Source: Raja brachyura
Lineage: Eukaryota
Assembly: GCA_963514005.1 (NCBI GenBank)
Contig: OY740782.1
Span: forward strand, 86,118,001 to 86,182,000
Length of the DNA stretch: 64,000 bases
Direction: 5' to 3'
Made by a program: the position numbers and the translations under genes. The stretch's first letter is position 1. Each line of letters opens with the position of its first letter. Shown here one piece after another: positions 61,787 to 64,000 of the stretch. The notes under the pieces were generated by a model. That model was not told the DNA's origin, made no database searches, and saw only the letters and a program-made list of their open reading frames with translations.

Positions 61787-63799
61787 TTAGGCTCTATAAG
61801 GCGCTGGTCAGGTCACATTTGGAGTATTGTGAGACATTTTGGGCCACATATCTGAGGAAGGATGGGCTGGCCCTGGAGAGGGTCCAGAGGGGGTTTACAA
61901 GAATAATCCCAGTAATGAGTGGGTTAATTTATGATGAGCGTGTAATGGCACTGGGCCTGCACTCGCTAGAGTTTAGAAGAATGAGGGGGGACCACATTGT
62001 AATACCGAATAGTGAAAGGCTTGGATAAAGTGGATGTGGAGAAGATGTTTCCACTAGTGGGAGAGTCTAGGACTAGAGTTCATAGCCTCAGAATTAAAGA
62101 ACATTCCTTTAGGGACATGAAAAGCATTTCTTTAGTCAGAGGGTGGTGAATCTGTGGAATTCTTGGCTACAGAAGGCTGTGGAGGCCCTCAATGGATATT
62201 TTTAAAACAGAGATAGATAGATTCTTGATTAATAGAGGAATGGGGTTAGGAGGGAGAGATAGATCAGCCATGATTGAATACGAGTATTCAAGATGAGCTG
62301 AATGACGTAATTCCGCTCCTCTAACTTATGACCTTATGACCAATCACTTACAGTAATCTGGAATAGTAACTTGGGGTCTCCATTATTGAGTGTATTGTTT
62401 GAATGGAAAACGTACTATGTCATTGCAAATATCATCTAATAATGCTGGAAAATTGGATCCCCTAAAATTAACTGGTATAGCAGCGATTCACAAAGTGTGA
62501 GCCATAATAACAACAGCAAGTCCAAAGCATTTTGGTCAGAGCAGCTTAGCTAGCTGTCACTGTTCCAATGGCCAACACAAAACTCACTCCTTTTAGGTTA
62601 ATGCAGCTTGTTTCATTTGCCAAAGGAAAGGCTTTCACTTCAGAGCCTGCGGAACCAAGGCTGAGACAAATAGTGAATACAATTCCAAAGGCAGCTCTAA
62701 ACAACAATATTAAGAATGATTTCAGAGAATGGAACTTCATTCAAACAATGCGGCACGAGTTTTCACAGTGCTGATGTCACAAGCAGGAGCAGTAATGACA
62801 GACAGACTTTGCAATACTGGAGGATACACAAGGAATTGCTGAGCCTGGTTTACCAAAAAACACACATTGTGCTGAACTAACTCAGCAGGTCAGGCAGCAT
62901 CTCTGAAGAATCACTCTGGAGAATGTTCCCGACCTATCCATGTTCTCCAGAGATGTTGGCTGATCTGTTAAGTTACTCCAGCAATGTGTGTTCTTTTTGC
63001 ATAAAGGTGTTGCATCACAATCAGTCATTGACAAGTTAACTTCAACTCCTGTAGATTGTTTGATAAATAGCCATTGAACCATTCTAGTAAATTCAGCCAT
63101 AAACATTGATGGCAAGCACTCTGCAACTGAATATCTACTCTGGTAAGTTTGTACTGATATGAAAGCAAATAGAATATCCAGTATAGCTCAATGGATAACC
63201 ATTCAACATTTTAGCAGACCATGAAAACAGGCCAACATTAATGGGGAAGAACTGGTCGGGACACGACTAGATTGGAAGACTTTCAAGTCACATTCCGGCA
63301 CAGTAGGGATATATGTCCGAAGACAGCAATACTGCATCACAGGATCCATACGCACATTGTATCGGACCAGATGCAAAGCTGATCCAATGCAAACTCTCAG
63401 TCCAGTATGTTCCACAGAATCATGTTCAGAAAGAACTGGGTGGGTTGGATCGGCAGACTCTGCCACAGATAGAACAGTGCAGCAGTGTGTATGTGGGCGA
63501 TAAGATTCACGTGCTCTCCTTGTTCAGCATGATACTGAACACATGACACTTCACTATTGAATGCTGAGTCTGGAGTAACATTTGAACACTCATTTAGTGC
63601 CAGGGACTGTGTCAACAGGGTGGATAAGTGTAGAGATCTTTAACTTCAAGGGGATTGCTGCCTTCAATGTAATGCCCCTGCAAGGTACTTCTCCTTCCAA
63701 ACACTTTTAATATTCTAAATGGACCATTCCTATTCCAACTCCCAGGTTCACTCTACCACCAACATCAACACTCACTTCCCTTCTCACGACCACTGTCCA

Positions 63800-64000
63800 G
63801 TACCTGTTACATGTACCATCATGAAACACTTTGAGAGACTGGTGATGGTGCACATTAACTCCAGCCTCCAACCAGCCTTGATCCAAGGCAGTTTGCTTAC
63901 CATTGCACAGCAGGTGCCATCTCCCTGACCCTAAACATATCTGGGGAACACGTGGACAAGGACTCCCATGTCAGACTCCTATTTATCGACTACAGATCTG
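63800..64000 (+). mobile_element. Rex1/Babar RT fragment (degenerate, runs off the window)
   Basis: IMKHFERLVMVHINSSL..., followed by the LLFIDY motif. Confidence 0.7.

Larger units (their letters stand above)
60270..62340 (+). mobile_element. CR1 3' fragment interrupted by nested DNA transposons
   Basis: VVKKANAMPAFISRGLEYKNRDV|...|LYKALVRSHLEYC...LEFRRMRGD. Confidence 0.85.

Noticed and set aside
63203-63615. Unique-looking sequence with 70-90 aa ORFs (also 51883-52236, 52568-52807, 53178-53469, 3040-3530)
   Set aside because: No recognisable protein similarity or convincing splice-site pairs; small exons of another gene cannot be excluded without BLASTX or RNA-seq

Overview
Vertebrate genomic DNA, roughly two-thirds transposon-derived by eye. 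It is most likely a cartilaginous fish (skate/ray), inferred from HE1-type V-SINEs and abundant CR1/HER1-type LINEs. One intact host gene is recognisable: a single-exon 1630-aa SAMD9/SAMD9L-family antiviral ORF (33553-38445, +) with a candidate ISRE-bearing promoter about 4.5 kb upstream. The most unusual object is a short-LTR Ty3/Gypsy-derived element (19936-24548). It keeps its LTRs, tRNA-Ser PBS, PPT and gag N-terminus, but pol is absent and its place is taken by captured host sequence: ASPM IQ repeats fused in frame to Gag, interleaved with an intron-free TLK2 coiled-coil segment. That element lies inside an 11.4-kb hAT-type unit (16191-27560, perfect 8-bp TSD) that also contains a Rex1 LINE, a Helitron, a CR1 and a Harbinger MITE. 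Other contents are the 3' part of a DIRS element, an IR/DR Tc1 fossil, Harbinger MITEs, Helitrons, Penelope fragments with hammerhead-ribozyme cores and long hairpins, and two assembly gaps. All family and gene assignments come from motif recognition; no searches were run.
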